DNA from: Phallusia mammillata
Lineage: Eukaryota
DNA length: 64,000 bases
Assembly (NCBI GenBank): GCA_965637545.1
Contig: OZ281498.1
Coordinates: 12,834,001-12,898,000 of the forward strand
Reading direction: 5' to 3'
Below are positions 49,101 through 63,586 of the stretch, piece after piece. Position 1 is the first letter of the stretch. Each line of letters begins with the position of its first letter. The translations under genes and the position numbers were made by a program. A model generated the notes under the pieces. It was not told the DNA's origin and searched no databases. It saw only the letters and a list, made by a program, of their open reading frames with translations.

Positions 49101-52100
49101 AACAAAGGTTCATGTTAAATTGATTTTTGTTTTAAAAATAGGAAAGTTATGTTGTTGTTAGAAAAAACTGTATGTTGTGTTGGTGTTTAAACTTTGATAA
49201 GTTATCATGATGGTGTTTTTACCACAAGACACTGCTTTGTATAATGAACCACACCTGGACTACTTGGATGACTTTAAGGGGCCCCAGACAATGCATGAAC
49301 ATTTCATTCCAGGGGTTAATGGGATGCAAATGCATATTCCACCACAGCCGGTAATAACTAATTTTGCTCTTAAATTTTAGGGGACAAATTGTGTTTGCTA
49401 CATTATATATCATGAACTATTCAATTTTTGCGCTATATAATTTTTTTGCAAATATTTAGCATATCTTCATTTAAAATTTCACACCTGGTAGAAATATTTA
49501 TAGCGGTGTTTTATCAGTTAAACCTATATTGGCATAAGTTGAAGTTTGTTAAAGAATTCTTGCAGAGAAAAAAGTTTGTCCAGTTGAACACACTATCCAA
49601 TATTTATTTTTGTTTGTGACACCGTTTTGTGATTATGAATGTTATATGCTTCTTTTTTAGAATGTGATACTTGTACAAGTCAACCCAGGTGAGACCTTCA
49701 CAATACAAGATGATGGCTCATACAGGAGCATTCCAGGTAAAAGTGTTGCATGGTCAACCTATGTTATACCAGCAGCTTGTCGTAATTAAATGCAATGTTT
49801 TACACCAACATCAGAGTTTTTATCTTGGATTATATTTTTTCCTAGGCCCAGCCCAAGTGCCAATGGTATTTAACAATGGAGCCATACCCACTATCAATGT
49901 TCCACCCGGTTATATTTCCCAAGTGATTGAAGAAAATGGTGTTCGAAAGGTTGTTGTATTGCCAAGCACCAGCACTCCTGGTTTGGATTCCCCAAATACC
50001 ATACTAGCCCACCATGCCTACCATCAACCTCACCTTCCCTTCCACAGTTTCATTCAGTCACCTGTTCAACCTGCAATATTTCAACATTCTGTAAGTACAG
50101 TTAGTGCTTGCTTAACACAAACCATCAATTCTTGTTCATGGGTGTGATAAACTTTTGTGTTAAGCATTGGTGTAAAAATTTTGTCAACACATCTTTGCAA
50201 TAGAATCTTTGTAGGCCATTGGTAAACCTAAAACAAAATTGTTAAATCTACAAGAAATTTGAATAACAAGCACTCGAGCAGATGGTGCTTTTCCTCGACC
50301 ACCCCTGTCCTCATGTTTATTTTAGTGTATGTCTCACCACATCTTGATTCATTGATCGAATATAAAGCACACAATTTTTGTGGAAAACACTTGTAGTCTG
50401 TAAAAACTTTGAGTTTGTAACTTTTATAGTGCCTTTATTCAACCCTTAAACAAACTAATCAGTATTGGAAAAGTTTTGATAGTTTCTAATTTTTATTTTC
50501 ATCTATCTCCTCTGCCTTAGATGATTCCTTCTCGGCCAGATGGAAGTATGCAGTTTGCACCCCCTATTGCAGCGTATTTTCCAGATGAAAATCATCCAAC
50601 TGGTATGAAAAAATGCAGCATGTTGACATACTTAGCAAAACTAATAATTAACTTGGGTTGCAAATTAAATTTACCTGTGTGTGTGTTTTAGTCAAGAGTT
50701 TCAACCCAGAGCAGCCAGTGTGTCTCCAGTGTGGAACTATTGCAGACAGTCTGTGTATCATACAACAAGCAGAAATGTACCCTGATCTAGTCTTTAGCAT
50801 ATCCAATGACAGTGACGAGTTCGTTCAAAGTTTAGACAATGCTGCCCCTTTTTCCTACTGTAAACACAGAAGTGAACAGAACACCACAGTTGGTGTGCAA
50901 GTCAATATGTACAAAGATGAAAATGGAGACCCTAGTATGTATTCAACTAGAATAAAGAACGCTTACTGACTAGCTAAGTTACAGTTTTATACTGAATAAA
51001 GTGTTTGTTATGATGTGGTCATGAATGTGAATGAATGATGTGTGCGTGTTACACTTGTGAAGGGTTTTGTTGAAGTGCTTTCATAATGTTCAGTGGAGCA
51101 TTGGATTGGTACACGTAGCCTTGTTAGCTTAGTCAAAAGATTCTTAATCAGCTGTGTGTGTTGGGCAGTTTCAGAAATTGAATAATTATTCAAGATTATA
51201 ATCTTCATAAAGTGGTTTGTGTAAACTGATCAGTTGTACAACTAACAGGATTAAAAAGTTATCAGGTAACTCAAATGCAATAAAGTTGACATGGTTATTC
51301 AGTTAGAACTAAAACAGTCATCAGAGAACTGCCTGTGATACACCAATGGTGCGTTTTGTCAGTGGCTTTCATGGGGTATAAGTAAATGATAAAGGTGTTA
51401 CATTCTGTTTCAGTTACACATTGTTTTGTTAAGCTAAAAAGTGTTTTTGAGGGAGTCTAGGACCTTAAATTACTGATTTTGCACTACAGGTTTTGTTATA
51501 TATGTAAAAACAGCTGCTTATAGGTGTACCTTTGTCATTTAGGTCTGTCAGATTCTTCCTTGAGCTCGCCCAACAATAGTACACATTCCATAAACAACCC
51601 ACCTATGCATTCTGGCTCACCTCTGCCCAATAGCCTTTCAACGGCTGAAAGGATGTCAAAAAAACTACAAGAAAGACAGCAAAGAAATCAACCTCCCAAA
51701 AACTCTCCTGAATCATCATCATCACTTACATCTTCACCTTCTTCCTCTTCATCATTTGTTCCATCCCAAAGTGCAAGTCCTGACTCTCATAATATGCCAT
51801 TCTCAAATGGACATCCGCAAAACACTTCTTTTATTAACTTGAGCCCAGAGCACATTGGCCAGCACCATATAGCTCATTTTACTATACCAAATCGACAAAC
51901 TTTTCCTGTTTTTCCGAAGAACATGCAACTTATTACGGATAGGGTAAAACTGGCTGAAAATGATCACCAAACTTCCAATGATGTCAAAGGAACAAGTCAA
52001 TCTGAAGGTAAGACATACAATTTACACCTGAATTTTATTGTCTACCAGGTTAATATACTACCGTAGTGTTTTACATAAAGTGTGCTTTAAATCAGTACAA

Positions 52101-55100
52101 CATTGGTTGTAATGTGAAATTTTAGAAGGATTTTAAGAGCCGACACTATTATATGTTTGTAACTCATGTAGGCTTCATACATAGGTGCGCTATAGTAAAA
52201 TGCTGACCCTTCAGACTGAAACCTTCAGTACATTTTGCTTTGTTAATGATACAAAACAAACATTGTGGCCATTTTTCATAACACACCACACTGTTTTATC
52301 ATGTTAAATAAAAAAATAATTTTGGATTAGGTCTTGTGTAAGGGAAACCAAGTTGCTTGTCTGAATTCCAGACATATTTCTTTCCAAACAAAGGGGTCAA
52401 GTAAAGTGGCATTTGGACCCAAGATGCCTTTTAAAGCCACCAAGGCTGGCTTATGTAATGTGTGTGATAATGATGTATTGCTCATTGACAAATGTCTGGC
52501 TACTTCAGACCAAAACTCATCTTTTCTGCATCAACAGTGTAAAATAAATGATAATTATTGTTATAGGTGGCTGTTCAACACTCTCTGACCTCCTAAGCAG
52601 CATATCTAAACCTACGGTAAGAACACACAAAATGCTATATTCCTAAGTGTCAATGATTCAGTTGATATGGATTTTGTTTAGGTTTTGGATCTTAAACCAA
52701 GAAAGGTCCACCTGGTTTGGCCTCAACTTACTACTCAAAGTCGAAATGTGACAGATGAATTACAAAACTCACTTGACTCCAAGGTCATTAACTTTGAGCT
52801 GATGCTGTCATGTCAAAAAAAGAGTCCAGGCAAATTTGAAGTTGTTTATAGGTTAGTTTTTCTATCGTTTACATGGTTGTTAAAACATTTTGTTACATAC
52901 AAATTTTATATTTTTAGTGGGCTAAATAGATTCTACCAGTTGACAGACTTACGGCCTGCAACAGACTATTGTGCCAAGTAAGCACTATGTACAATTTGCT
53001 TTGTTTTAATGTGTGATGTGTCAAAACTTTACAATTGGTGGAAGGATTGTATCTTATTGCACTGTGATATATAATTGATTACTGATGTGTTCGTTGTACC
53101 CATGGTATAACAGACAATTTCCTACCTAGCTTCTGTCAATTGATGCCATTGATAGCATATGCTTACTCTGTTTCAAAACTGCATGTATTCTGCCAGGGTG
53201 CTTGCTATGTGTGATGCACATAAAGGTCAGCCATCAGAGTTGTTGACATTCCATACACCCAGTTGTGAACCCGATACACCTGCCCCTCCAAAACTTTCAA
53301 GTCGGACAAAAAATAACATTCTATTAAAATGGGTGGTGAGTCAGTATGTTATATCATGCTAGCTATGAATTTATTTAGAAATCCCCTTGAGTTTTTAACA
53401 CATAGCTCTCCATAGCAACACCGTATTAGTTGTTTGCCCCATGACTCAACCCACTTTTACGTAGTGGGCAGTGCTCCTCCGCTATTCAAGTAAAACTGAA
53501 CAAATTGTTGGTGACCAAACTTGGTTTTTCTGCCACCATGTTGGCTTCCTTAATGTTATTGGCCAAGCTTTGATTACAGAGCATGCATTTGTGTCACTTA
53601 AGATTGTGGCAGGAAATGAACATTGCTGTGCAAGTACTTCCTAACTGGATGTTTTGTACGTCATTTGAAACTTGAAAGCTTTATATTTAGTTTTTATCAA
53701 CTGCTGAATGGTTTTGTTACATGTTTGTCCAACTTCAGGGGATAAACATACGAAAGCAAAAAAAAAACTTATATTTTTTGTTGGCAAAAAAAATCACAAC
53801 AAAACTTGCTGTTTACCATAATACTGTTTACCATAATGTTTGTGTAAACAAATGACTGCATACCACAAAAACCAAAACAATTGATTTTCAAACAGCATTG
53901 TTTCCAGTTTAACAATCAATCTATTTTTAATGGTAGTAATATAACTGTGAGGTATTGTGTTCTTACACGGCAATGCAAATTCAGGCACCTGCTGATAATG
54001 GTGAAAAAATTGTCAAATATCATTTGGAATGGGATGAAGGAAATCATGGCAGTGGCTTTCAACTTCTGTTTAGCAGTTCACAAAAGCAGTACAAAGTAAC
54101 AAAACTATCTCCTGCACATTCTTACAAATTTCGACTTGCAGCAGAAAACAAGATTGGAACAAGGTAGATTTGTGTGTAGTTTACGTCGTTAAAAATTATG
54201 CAGATATTTAATATTATAATTGTTGATAAATGCAAAAGCCTGCCCTTTTGTAACAAAATATTGAAAGGCTGCTTTGGTTAATTCGTTGCTTTTATGAACT
54301 GTAAGTCTGCATTATAAATGACCAATTCTGCAAAAGACTTGTCTGGTGTAGCAAAATTTAGATGCTAGTGGCAAAGTCCTAAGACTCTAGATTAGTGGTT
54401 CCCAACATTTTTTGATACTATCTAAAGATTTAAAACATTTTGTTCATACCTTGTTGCAAATTAGTTGAACAAACATCCTTTAGGGTTGACTTTATATGTC
54501 TGATTCTGAGCTGCTTTTAAGAAAACAGTTTGTTTTGGCCCACATCACACCCAACCAAGGTTGTATGATTAAGTACAATGACAACTGTTCTAAACCACAT
54601 TTGTATCAAAATTAATTCTAAAAAGGTATTCGGAATTGTTATACTTTCAACTGTGGATCGTAACATCAATGCAACATATAAATATTGAATAGCATAAAAT
54701 TATTGTGGTATTTCTGGTTTATTCAAGATATCACAATAAGCAGTGTAAAAATGTACATGGTAACAGTTACTTTGTTAGTGTAAAGAGACTGAACTTGATG
54801 CGACTATTCAAGTCAAATTCCCTCCCTAAAGTCTCCCCGTTGGTAACCAATGGTAGAGAAGTAGTTCTTGGTTTGTCACTGCTCAAAATGAATGATCATA
54901 TGTCACGTGTCAGGCGTCAAGCATCGAGCATTGATTGCCTCCGTCGATTGACTTTGCCTAACAGTAGCTCCACTTGCACCACTGGAGGTGCCGGGTTGAC
55001 ATTTGCCAGAAGTGCTTTTAACGACGTGCGCCGTTCTATTTTCATTTGCCAGTGGCTGGAGTACGGAAGTTTGTTATCAGACCGCGGGAACTGTTCCTAC

Positions 55101-58100
55101 CAGCCCCGAAGCTCCCAGACTTGTAAAGGCTACTGTGAAAAGCTTATCACTGCAGTGGTTACGCGCAAGCGGTGACGTCACTTCGTTTACCCTTGAAATG
55201 GATGAGTCCGCAGGTTACGGATTCCGACCAATCTATAATGGCCTCGATACAAAGTTTACTGTCAAGAATTTACGCCGGAGTTACCACTACCGATTCCGGG
55301 TAAGCCCCCTGTAAAATACAAACCATGTTTTTTGACCTTTGGCACAATTTTGTTCAGTGACGCCATTTCTCTAGTCGTTGTCTTAGAGATTACTGGCCAG
55401 ATTTTCTTTTTTTAGATGTGAAAAACACGAAAAAACGTTGGCCAAGTTTTGTTGCCTCAGAACCAACTATAATACAACATTGTGTTTGGTTTATGGGACA
55501 AAACAGCACTAATGTTTTTGCACATTGATGTTTTTGTAACCACTTTTTTCGCATTTTAGTTGTGTTGCCACAACAACGAAGGCAAGGGTAAGTGGAGCAG
55601 CGTGGTATCTTTTCTCACTTGCCCAGACAAACCTCAAGCACCAGGCAAACCCAAAGTCAAAGGCATCGTTCACGCCAAATTCTTTAAGCTAACCTGGGGT
55701 AAGTCTGTGCAAAACTTAACACATTGATTCTGCTCTTGACACATAGTCCAAATTAACGCATTACTTTTTTCAAGTACCACTTCTGGCTTTAACTAGTTTT
55801 GTATTTTACGGTTTTGTCTTCCATTATCAGTTATGACTATTTTTTATATTGTCAATTTAAATCTGGATTATTTATAAATTATGACAAGCAATATTGAAAT
55901 TTTACATTTTGAAATATAATTTCAAGACACTTTTCCGCGGCAGTCAATAGTCGCACTTGGATATGCGCCGATGGTAGCTTCACCATTTTTATATTGTGTG
56001 ATACGAAGCAGTGTCCCGAGCTCTCAACATTCAACGTTCTTGGGCAAAAGGAACACTAGCAGTTATGGTCCATGCGTGTAACACGTATATGCTTTGTACA
56101 GATGCCCCCAACGACGATGGTGGATCAGATGTTCAATTTTACACCATGGAAATGTCACGTGAGCGAAATCGTCCAATGAAAGTAATTTACACTGGAGCTG
56201 ACCAGGAATGTCTTGTGGAAGACCTCGAACCAGGTAAACCAAATATAATGTGCTTGTAAAATGCCCCTTTCTGTACGGATGCCATAGCCCAGGGGTCGGC
56301 AACCTTTTTTACACTGCGGACCGTTTTTGAAACTGAAATTTTATCGCGGACCGGCCTTCAAAAATACTACAAATAGTCAGGTTAAAAAAGCATAAATTAG
56401 GTTATCATCCCTGGAAAGCACGGGCAAAATGTTTCGAAGCACCTGACCTGAAAACGTATACGGCCCGGTAACAAACTCCTCGCGGACCGGTACCGGGCCG
56501 CGGACCGGCGGTTGCCGACCACTGCCATAGCCCACAAATTGCATAGAAGGCATCGAATCTAACCGCTTGTAAACGCTCGAAATAACGAGACCACTTATAT
56601 TGGATGTGTGACTGTATAAGTCGCGCATTATATGAGCATAGAGATCTGCCAGAATCTTTTCGCTTTCTGCGTCAAACACTACGCTCACAACTGACTTCGT
56701 GACTCAATCACGTGCAAACCCAAGCGTTTTTGGACACGCGAACCGAAATTAATTTTCCGAGGCTACTAGTTTCTCGGGTTCACGACCGTGTTTGTTTCAG
56801 GTCACACCTATAGACTTCGCGTCTTCTGCTCAACAGCGGGCGGAGCGAGCCTTCCTTCCGAAGTTGCCATGGTAACGACGCCGCCAGTTATCTCAGGTGC
56901 CTGTGACGCCCCGATGATCGCGCTACGTCCAAAACCAACATGTCTCACTGTTAAGTGGGGTGAGTAGAGAAAATTCGCTTTGTTTAAACTATTAACGATC
57001 CACAGTAACTTGTACGACTTGCACGCTGTTTGCTGACAAGATTTGTGGCATAGAGTGCAGCAATGATGTGTAGAGAAAGGTTAACTGATCTATTTTACGT
57101 GTTAACGGAATTTTAACCTCTACAATTTACTACACATAGCGCTTAGTAAAACTGCTTTAAGTGTAAAAAAAATAACACCCGCCTAATTGTCGCGAACCTT
57201 TGGCCTCAAACCTGTTTTGGCAGCGACATACTGCAAGCCACAGGAATTCAGGCTCGAGATAGGGCGTGTTTACTTGCGCACTTGTCGGTGGCTGATTTGT
57301 GCTTCCGCTCTGTCTGGCGGCAACTCACTGTGTGACACATGCTGTGCAGATGTCTGCTAGCCTCGGATGTCGGTGACATTCGCTGTGCCTTTTTCGGTCT
57401 CAAGTTGAACTTCTTATTACATTTTCCCTCATCAGTTTTCTTGCAGTATAACACTTTTTTATTACTTTCGATCGTATACGCACCGATTACTATGTATTTT
57501 TTTTAAATGCCTTTTGTGCAAAAATTTAAAGCGGTCCACGTACATTTTAACCTTCTGAAATATTTTTGACAACAATACCAATAAAATATCGCGTTCAACT
57601 GGCGTGAAAACGGAGTTTTAATGTAGCCATCTTTTCCCGGAAATCTGTTTTTAGCATCAGTTGAGTGTGCATAATGTTGTCATGCATTACTGTATCTCGC
57701 AGATTCTCCACAATACGCCGGTGGTACGAGCGTCTCTCATTACGAAGTCAGCTGTAAGCCCAGCGGCGATCCGACAGTCGAGGGGACGGCACCGGTCATC
57801 GCGTACAAGGGCGCTGAACGCGAATGCACAGTTGGAGGTCTGAGGCCCGGCACCCAGTATGATTTTCAAGTGCGCCCGATAAACAAAGTTGGGGTAGGTA
57901 CACGGCTTGGTCAACATTCTTTTCTATACTTCAAAGCGGCTGTGTTTGTTTTTGCGCGACCTCATGGTCTGGATACGTCCTCACTTGCGTTATTAGTATG
58001 TTGTTCAAGCGACTGCGCCCCGACTGTCTGGCTAAGCGACAATCCACTGGCTTTACGTCTGCTTGCTGTCTCCCGAATATTGAGGCCAACAAAAACACGT

Positions 58101-61100
58101 CTGCTCGCCTTTGCAGATCGGTCCATGGTCGGAGCCTCTTTTGGCGGTAACCAGCGCTGGTACTCCTGAAAAAGTTGATCTTCCTGTTGCCACCGTACTT
58201 TCAGCCACATCGGTGCACATACAATGGCAGGTACGTACATGTAACACCACATTCGTGTTTAGGCGATATATGGACATGCCGGTTTCTGTAAATCGGCTTT
58301 TCCAGAGGATATTATACAAACTAAAGCCAAGCCCTTGGGCAAATACGTCGGTATATTACAGACCGCTGTGGAATTCAGCGCATTCGGATTGTCAGAAATA
58401 ATACACACCCTGTAAATACATCATCCACATAAGGTGTTAACCTTATTTGTCCCGAAAGTAATATAATGAACACTTCGAATAACACAGCTTTATAGAATAA
58501 AAAATATCCTTAAAAGCAAATGAAATGTGCACCTGGATCTGAAAAGGCCAGCTGACCAAACACCTGCCAGTGTGTGCGATTATTAGAATCGCCTAAATTG
58601 GTTGCCAAGTCAACCGCTGATGAATTTCACTCGGCCTTTTACAATCATTTACAGAACGTGTGCGGATGACGTCAAATATAAGGGTTTATCTTCTATAAGC
58701 GGACCACATTACAGACGTAATTCGGCTCGTTTTTCATTTTGCCTCATCAGCAGCCAGCGGCCTTTTCTCTAATGTTCCATACAGTACACTCGAAATTCGC
58801 GATATTACATTAGCCTATTGCGTCACAAATGCCATTCCACCCCGCGCTGTTGAGTCAGGCACCAAGGCACGATTAATGTTGTCTGACATTCTGCTTTCAG
58901 AGTCCGACCGACAACGGAGCTGAAATCATCGGATACAGAGTCCAATGGGGTTCTGCTGAAAGTTCAATGTCGGTTGTCACTGTTGGTCCTGTGCTTTCCC
59001 ACCACTTGCATTGCCTCACACCAAACACTATATACTTGTTCACTGTTCAGGTAGGAATGACTCACTCCAGCTATTACTGAAATATTGCTTCTGAAGTAGA
59101 CCGTTTGGGATACAATAGCTCGGATTACAGACACAATGTTTGCGGATTAGTAGCTAGTCATAAAGAACGATGCCATTTTTGGGCCAAATGGTAATCAATT
59201 TCGGATGATTTGAAAACTGTTTTGTTTGGGTGATACAAGATTATTAGATGATGATTCATAGGCTATTGCCATTAGCAACGGTGGGTGTTCTGGTATTCTT
59301 TTGTCTTTGAGTTGTTTTCCATGCGCGAAAGTAGTTGCTGGTTTCCTCTGCGGCTGCTTTGCTTTAGCTGTAAAATGCAAAACTGTCGGAAAACTGTGCA
59401 AGCTGGCGATTTTTGAACGCCGTTCTGTAAAGGTTATGCACGAATACCAACACTATGCTGTATACGCGCATCAATAATAACAATTACTGGGTATTGGTGG
59501 CAACCTGTGCTTTCAAGCGTGAGCTTTGAGTACACAAAACAGTTGCTTTATAAATTTAGCAGTACCATAACGAAACCAACGACATGCTTAGATGTGGGTC
59601 ATTAAACGCTGCCAAATATGTCGCTGTTAACTTTTTATGCGACCTTTTTGCATCGTCATGTGACGTAAAGATCAGGTCACTTAAATATCATAACGAGCGC
59701 TAAACTATTTAGCTGCTGCGCTCAAAGCACATGCAAAACGCCACTTCCAACATGAATGTAAATTTATTAACGTTTCTCTTTCGGTGGGAGCCGATCCGGT
59801 TTTTCCGCTGTATCAAGTTGCTTTGTCAGCGCTAGTGTTGGCAGAAATTCACAGGCGCCGTGATGCTTTTGTTCACGGAATCAAATCAATTTCCGTATTG
59901 CCACATTTTTGCCAGCTGGAAAAAGTGATACGTCGGATTGGTGGCTGATTTGTGTGTAATATATTGCAAATACAAATTTTGCATGTATGGGTCTGAGCGA
60001 CTGCTTAAAACGTATAAATAGTTGCCCATTAGCATTTACGAAGTTTCTGTGTGTTTGTTGACCTCATTATATTGCTTGGCGTCATTCCCCTAATAGCATT
60101 TGCGGTCCTTTGAATAAACATGTTAGGTTGATTCGTTTCAATGTTCACAGCTCAATGGTTTCTAAAAATAACATTGGTTTGCTGTTTTATACCAGTAGTT
60201 GTGTCAAGACCACAAAGTGTTGTTTCAGCTATACATACTGGCAAGATAAAAGGCCCGTGTAGCCCGGTTTGCCATGAAGTTTACATAAGTTTATGGGCGT
60301 TGCCTAAATCATTATTGTTGGAATTGCACCTGACACACCCTAAAAATGCGGGATTGAACAAATAAAATTTGCTGTTTGGGCATCTGGAACAGTAAGCAAT
60401 TTACAATTTCTTGAACTTATAGCAGATGCCTGATGTTTAATTGTGGGTCCTCCCACATATACTTTTGTCCGATTTTTTTTCTTGTACTGGTTTGTTCCAA
60501 ACGTTTGGTCAATAAAGAAGGCTTTAAACTTACAAAGTCGATCCTCCCAAAGTTTAATTCCGAATGACCCAGCGGTTTACCCACAGGCCCCGAAATGTGA
60601 AATTTTATTTTTTGTGTATTCTTGTTTTTACGCTTTTGGAGCTAAATGGTTATTGTTGTTTTTTGCGACAACATAGTTCTTTCTTTGTGACAGTTTTAAC
60701 AAACCCACGGAGTTCTCTGTGCGTTTACTGTTTTCTTTTTCGTTTTGCAGGCTGTGAACAGCGTGGGTCAAGGAGCCGTGTCTGACGTTGGTTCCGTGAC
60801 CACGCTCCCGTCATGCCCCCAACGCGTGATAAACTTGCGACAGACGGTCACAGAAACCACCGACGATGACGAAATTTGCGGCAGTATGAGCAGCCAGACC
60901 GGTTCTGCAATCCAGTGGGACGCGCCCCACGATAATGGGTGTGAAATAACGAGTTATAAAATCCATGTTGCTGAGCAACGCCCACGTGGCCAGCGAAAAG
61001 ATGTGGTCGATGGCACCGAATCAAAAGTCAGTGATCACGTGTATGAAGTTGAGCCAGATGCCACTGTTTACTGCTTTGACGATTTGAAACCCGACACACA

Positions 61101-63247
61101 ATATAGGTAATAAGTAAAATCGAGTTGGTGTTTTGGGTGGGTCATCCAGTAGTGGTACGTTAATAAGTGTATGGATTACTTTGTTTTTAGGGTTTGTGTT
61201 TCTACATTTAAACATATGTCGCATTAGGCAAACTTGACCGAGTCTTTTTAAAGCAAAATTCAGATGTGTGGCATTTCAATAATGCCCTTTTCCACTCCCT
61301 CAGCCGCACCTGCCTTTCAAATCTCAAAATACGCGTTTGCGTTTCCACATTATTATGGGCCCCCTTTCCTTTTTTTATTGATTTTACTCAAATTGTGTTT
61401 TTTTATTTCTTTTTTTTATGTTTTTTTTATTTCATTTTTTTTTTCTCCCCAAAGTTTGTCCGACTCGTTTTTCCATCAAATGTTTGATGGATTTGGATGA
61501 AATTTACACAGATGGTAGATGTAGTTATGTAGATGTGCATCCCACTTTGTTTTTGTTGATAACCCCAGTATTTACCCCGCTAGCCCCCTAAAATGGGTAT
61601 TTTTCCCCCGAAGTTTGTCCGACTCGTTTTTCCATCAAATGTTTGATGGATTTGGCTGAAATTTACACAAGTGGTAGATGTAGTTATGTAGATGTGCATC
61701 CCACTTTGTTTTTGTTGATAACCCCAGTATTTACCCCGCTAGCCTAAAATGGGTGAGTTTTTAAACAGTGTCAGAATTGGCTGAAATTTAGATTTCTTGT
61801 ATAGTATGCCATTTATAGGTGTCGATTGTTGCGTTCAACCCTGTAGTCCTAACATTTACCCCACAAGCCCCTAAAGTGTAAAACGAATTTGTATGTTACT
61901 GGTCACTACAAACGAAAGATTTCTTTTGAGCAATAGTGTTACAAGGGCAACCAGTTGTATGTTGCTCGTTGTTGGGTTGCTTGGTGGTCGTTTTTGCGCC
62001 ATGGCAGTTAGGGGGTTGTTAACAGCCCTATGACGTCAGAAACATTAACGGTTGTTGATCAAAACACCTCTAGTGGTCGAAATTTTAAACATTGGCGGAT
62101 TTGGCTGAAATTTTGCAGTACTATTGATTGAGTCATTGTGGTTTTTATATATTTTTTAGTTTGTGTGTCGAACCCAATTAGTTGCCCTACTAGCCCCCTA
62201 AAATGGGTCAGTTTTTTAAAACGTTAAATAGGACATACTTCAAACAATATCTGGGGTGAATCTAATTTTATAGCTTGTATTCTACATAGTATTATTATTT
62301 AAGCCCAGTGCCGATCACTGTGTTTTACCTTACAACACCCGACTTTCTCATGGTTATCTCTTGAATTGCATTATTTTCAACTTTACGTGTGTGGGGACCC
62401 ATGAGTTTTTGCCTGCAGAAACGACAGAAGTTATTAAAGACGATGGCTAATATGGGACCCAATACAAAATAAGCATAGGAAATATATTTATGTTTTAAAA
62501 TAGGTTATAGTGTATATGCAAGGGCAATATGTGCTAAGCCACCCTTCTAGTGGTATTCGCTTTCACTGCCAAACATTTGGCGTCAACAACTTTGTTGTCG
62601 TTTCAGCATCAAGGTTTGCGCGGTAAACTCCATCGGGTGCGGAAGTTTCAGCGAAGCAGTAGAATTGCGGACCCGGCCCTTACCACCCGATGCCCCTGCT
62701 CTGTCGTGCGTTCAAACCACCTCTAACTCGCTCAAGCTGAAATGGGGCGATGGCAAAAGCAGTTTCACTAATAGCATCCAATATCTGCTACAGATGCGTG
62801 ATAAAAACGGCAGGTAAGGAATGTATGGGTGAATTGAAGCACTGGCTGAAATGTTGGTGCAAAAACAGGTTGTGCAACAGGTGTTTTGATTCGCTTTTAT
62901 CCTAAACTGCAATCAATGGCATGGTTACTACGTACACATCTTCAACTTCCAATTACAGTAGAAAATTACTAGCTTTTGTTGGCTTTCTTTTATCACTCTC
63001 ATTGTGGCCCTAATCATAAATTTTCACTTTACCACGGTGTATGTTTTTCTATTCATTTCATATTTCAACTACTTGTCAAGGTTTGTGACTGTGTATCGAG
63101 GATCCAGTTGCTCCCATCGAATCCATCGGTTGAACGAAGACACAACATACCGCTTCCGTATTAACGCAAGCAATAGTGAAGGTGAAGGTCAATTCTCAGC
63201 AGAGTTTGCAGCAACAACATCAGTCCAGATGCCCCCAATCATGGAAG
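46188..63247 (+). CDS. FNDC3: Fibronectin type III domain-containing protein 3 (FNDC3A/B co-orthologue), 3'-incomplete (continues past 64000)
   Basis: NVILVQVNPGETFTI, GPAQVPM..VPPGYISQVIEENGVRKVVV, ERMSKKLQERQ, DLRPATDY and APADNGEKIVKYHLEWDEG match vertebrate FNDC3. Exons 49661-49736, 49846-50090, 50521-50602, 50692-50934, 51543-52007, 52567-52616, 52682-52851, 52918-52977, 53197-53335, 53985-54163, 55053-55299, 55560-55698, 56102-56233, 56801-56959, 57703-57893, 58117-58230, 58901-59050, 60751-61106, 62607-62813, 63081-63247. The first coding exon 46188-46322 (MPVPTMENSNV..ENPSSE|GTAAAT, phase 0) is a lower-confidence candidate. Confidence 0.9.
56290..56524. mobile_element. hAT (Charlie-like) MITE in an FNDC3 intron
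   Basis: TIR CAGGGGTCGGCAACC...GGTTGCCGACCACTG; perfect 8-bp TSD CCATAGCC (56282-56289 and 56525-56532); GCGGACCGG subterminal repeats. Confidence 0.92.
61452..61754. repeat. Tandem duplication with a 159-bp unit, inside a larger repeat-like intronic block
   Basis: Units start at 61452 and 61611 (AAGTTTGTCCGACTCGTTTTTCCATCAAATG...), nearly identical; shared sub-motifs recur to about 62210. Confidence 0.9.
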
Positions 63248-63586
63248 GTACATTTCAGGCGAAGTCGCGACTTTTGTTGACTATCATACATTTTTCACGA
63301 CTGTTTTTAAAACTTACACTTGGTTGTTGATGATTTGAAAATATTGCGTTTGTCACAACGACCAAAGATCGCAGGTCATTGAAATTTTTACGATAAGGAT
63401 GTGACTCGGTGACATGGTATGTTATCAGAATATGTAAACTCTTTAGTTAGAGTCTAAAGTCGGAAGGTCATGTTAACGCAGTAGTTGTACGAATTACTAC
63501 ACTGTTAGAACCCATATGTATGTACTCGAAATTTGAGAGGACTGTCTCAACTGCCAACAGAATCAGTCAGTAAATTAGAAAGTAGG

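Noticed and set aside
61452-61754. Tandem repeats considered as a CRISPR array
   Set aside because: Eukaryotic intron, no unique spacers between short repeats, and no cas genes.
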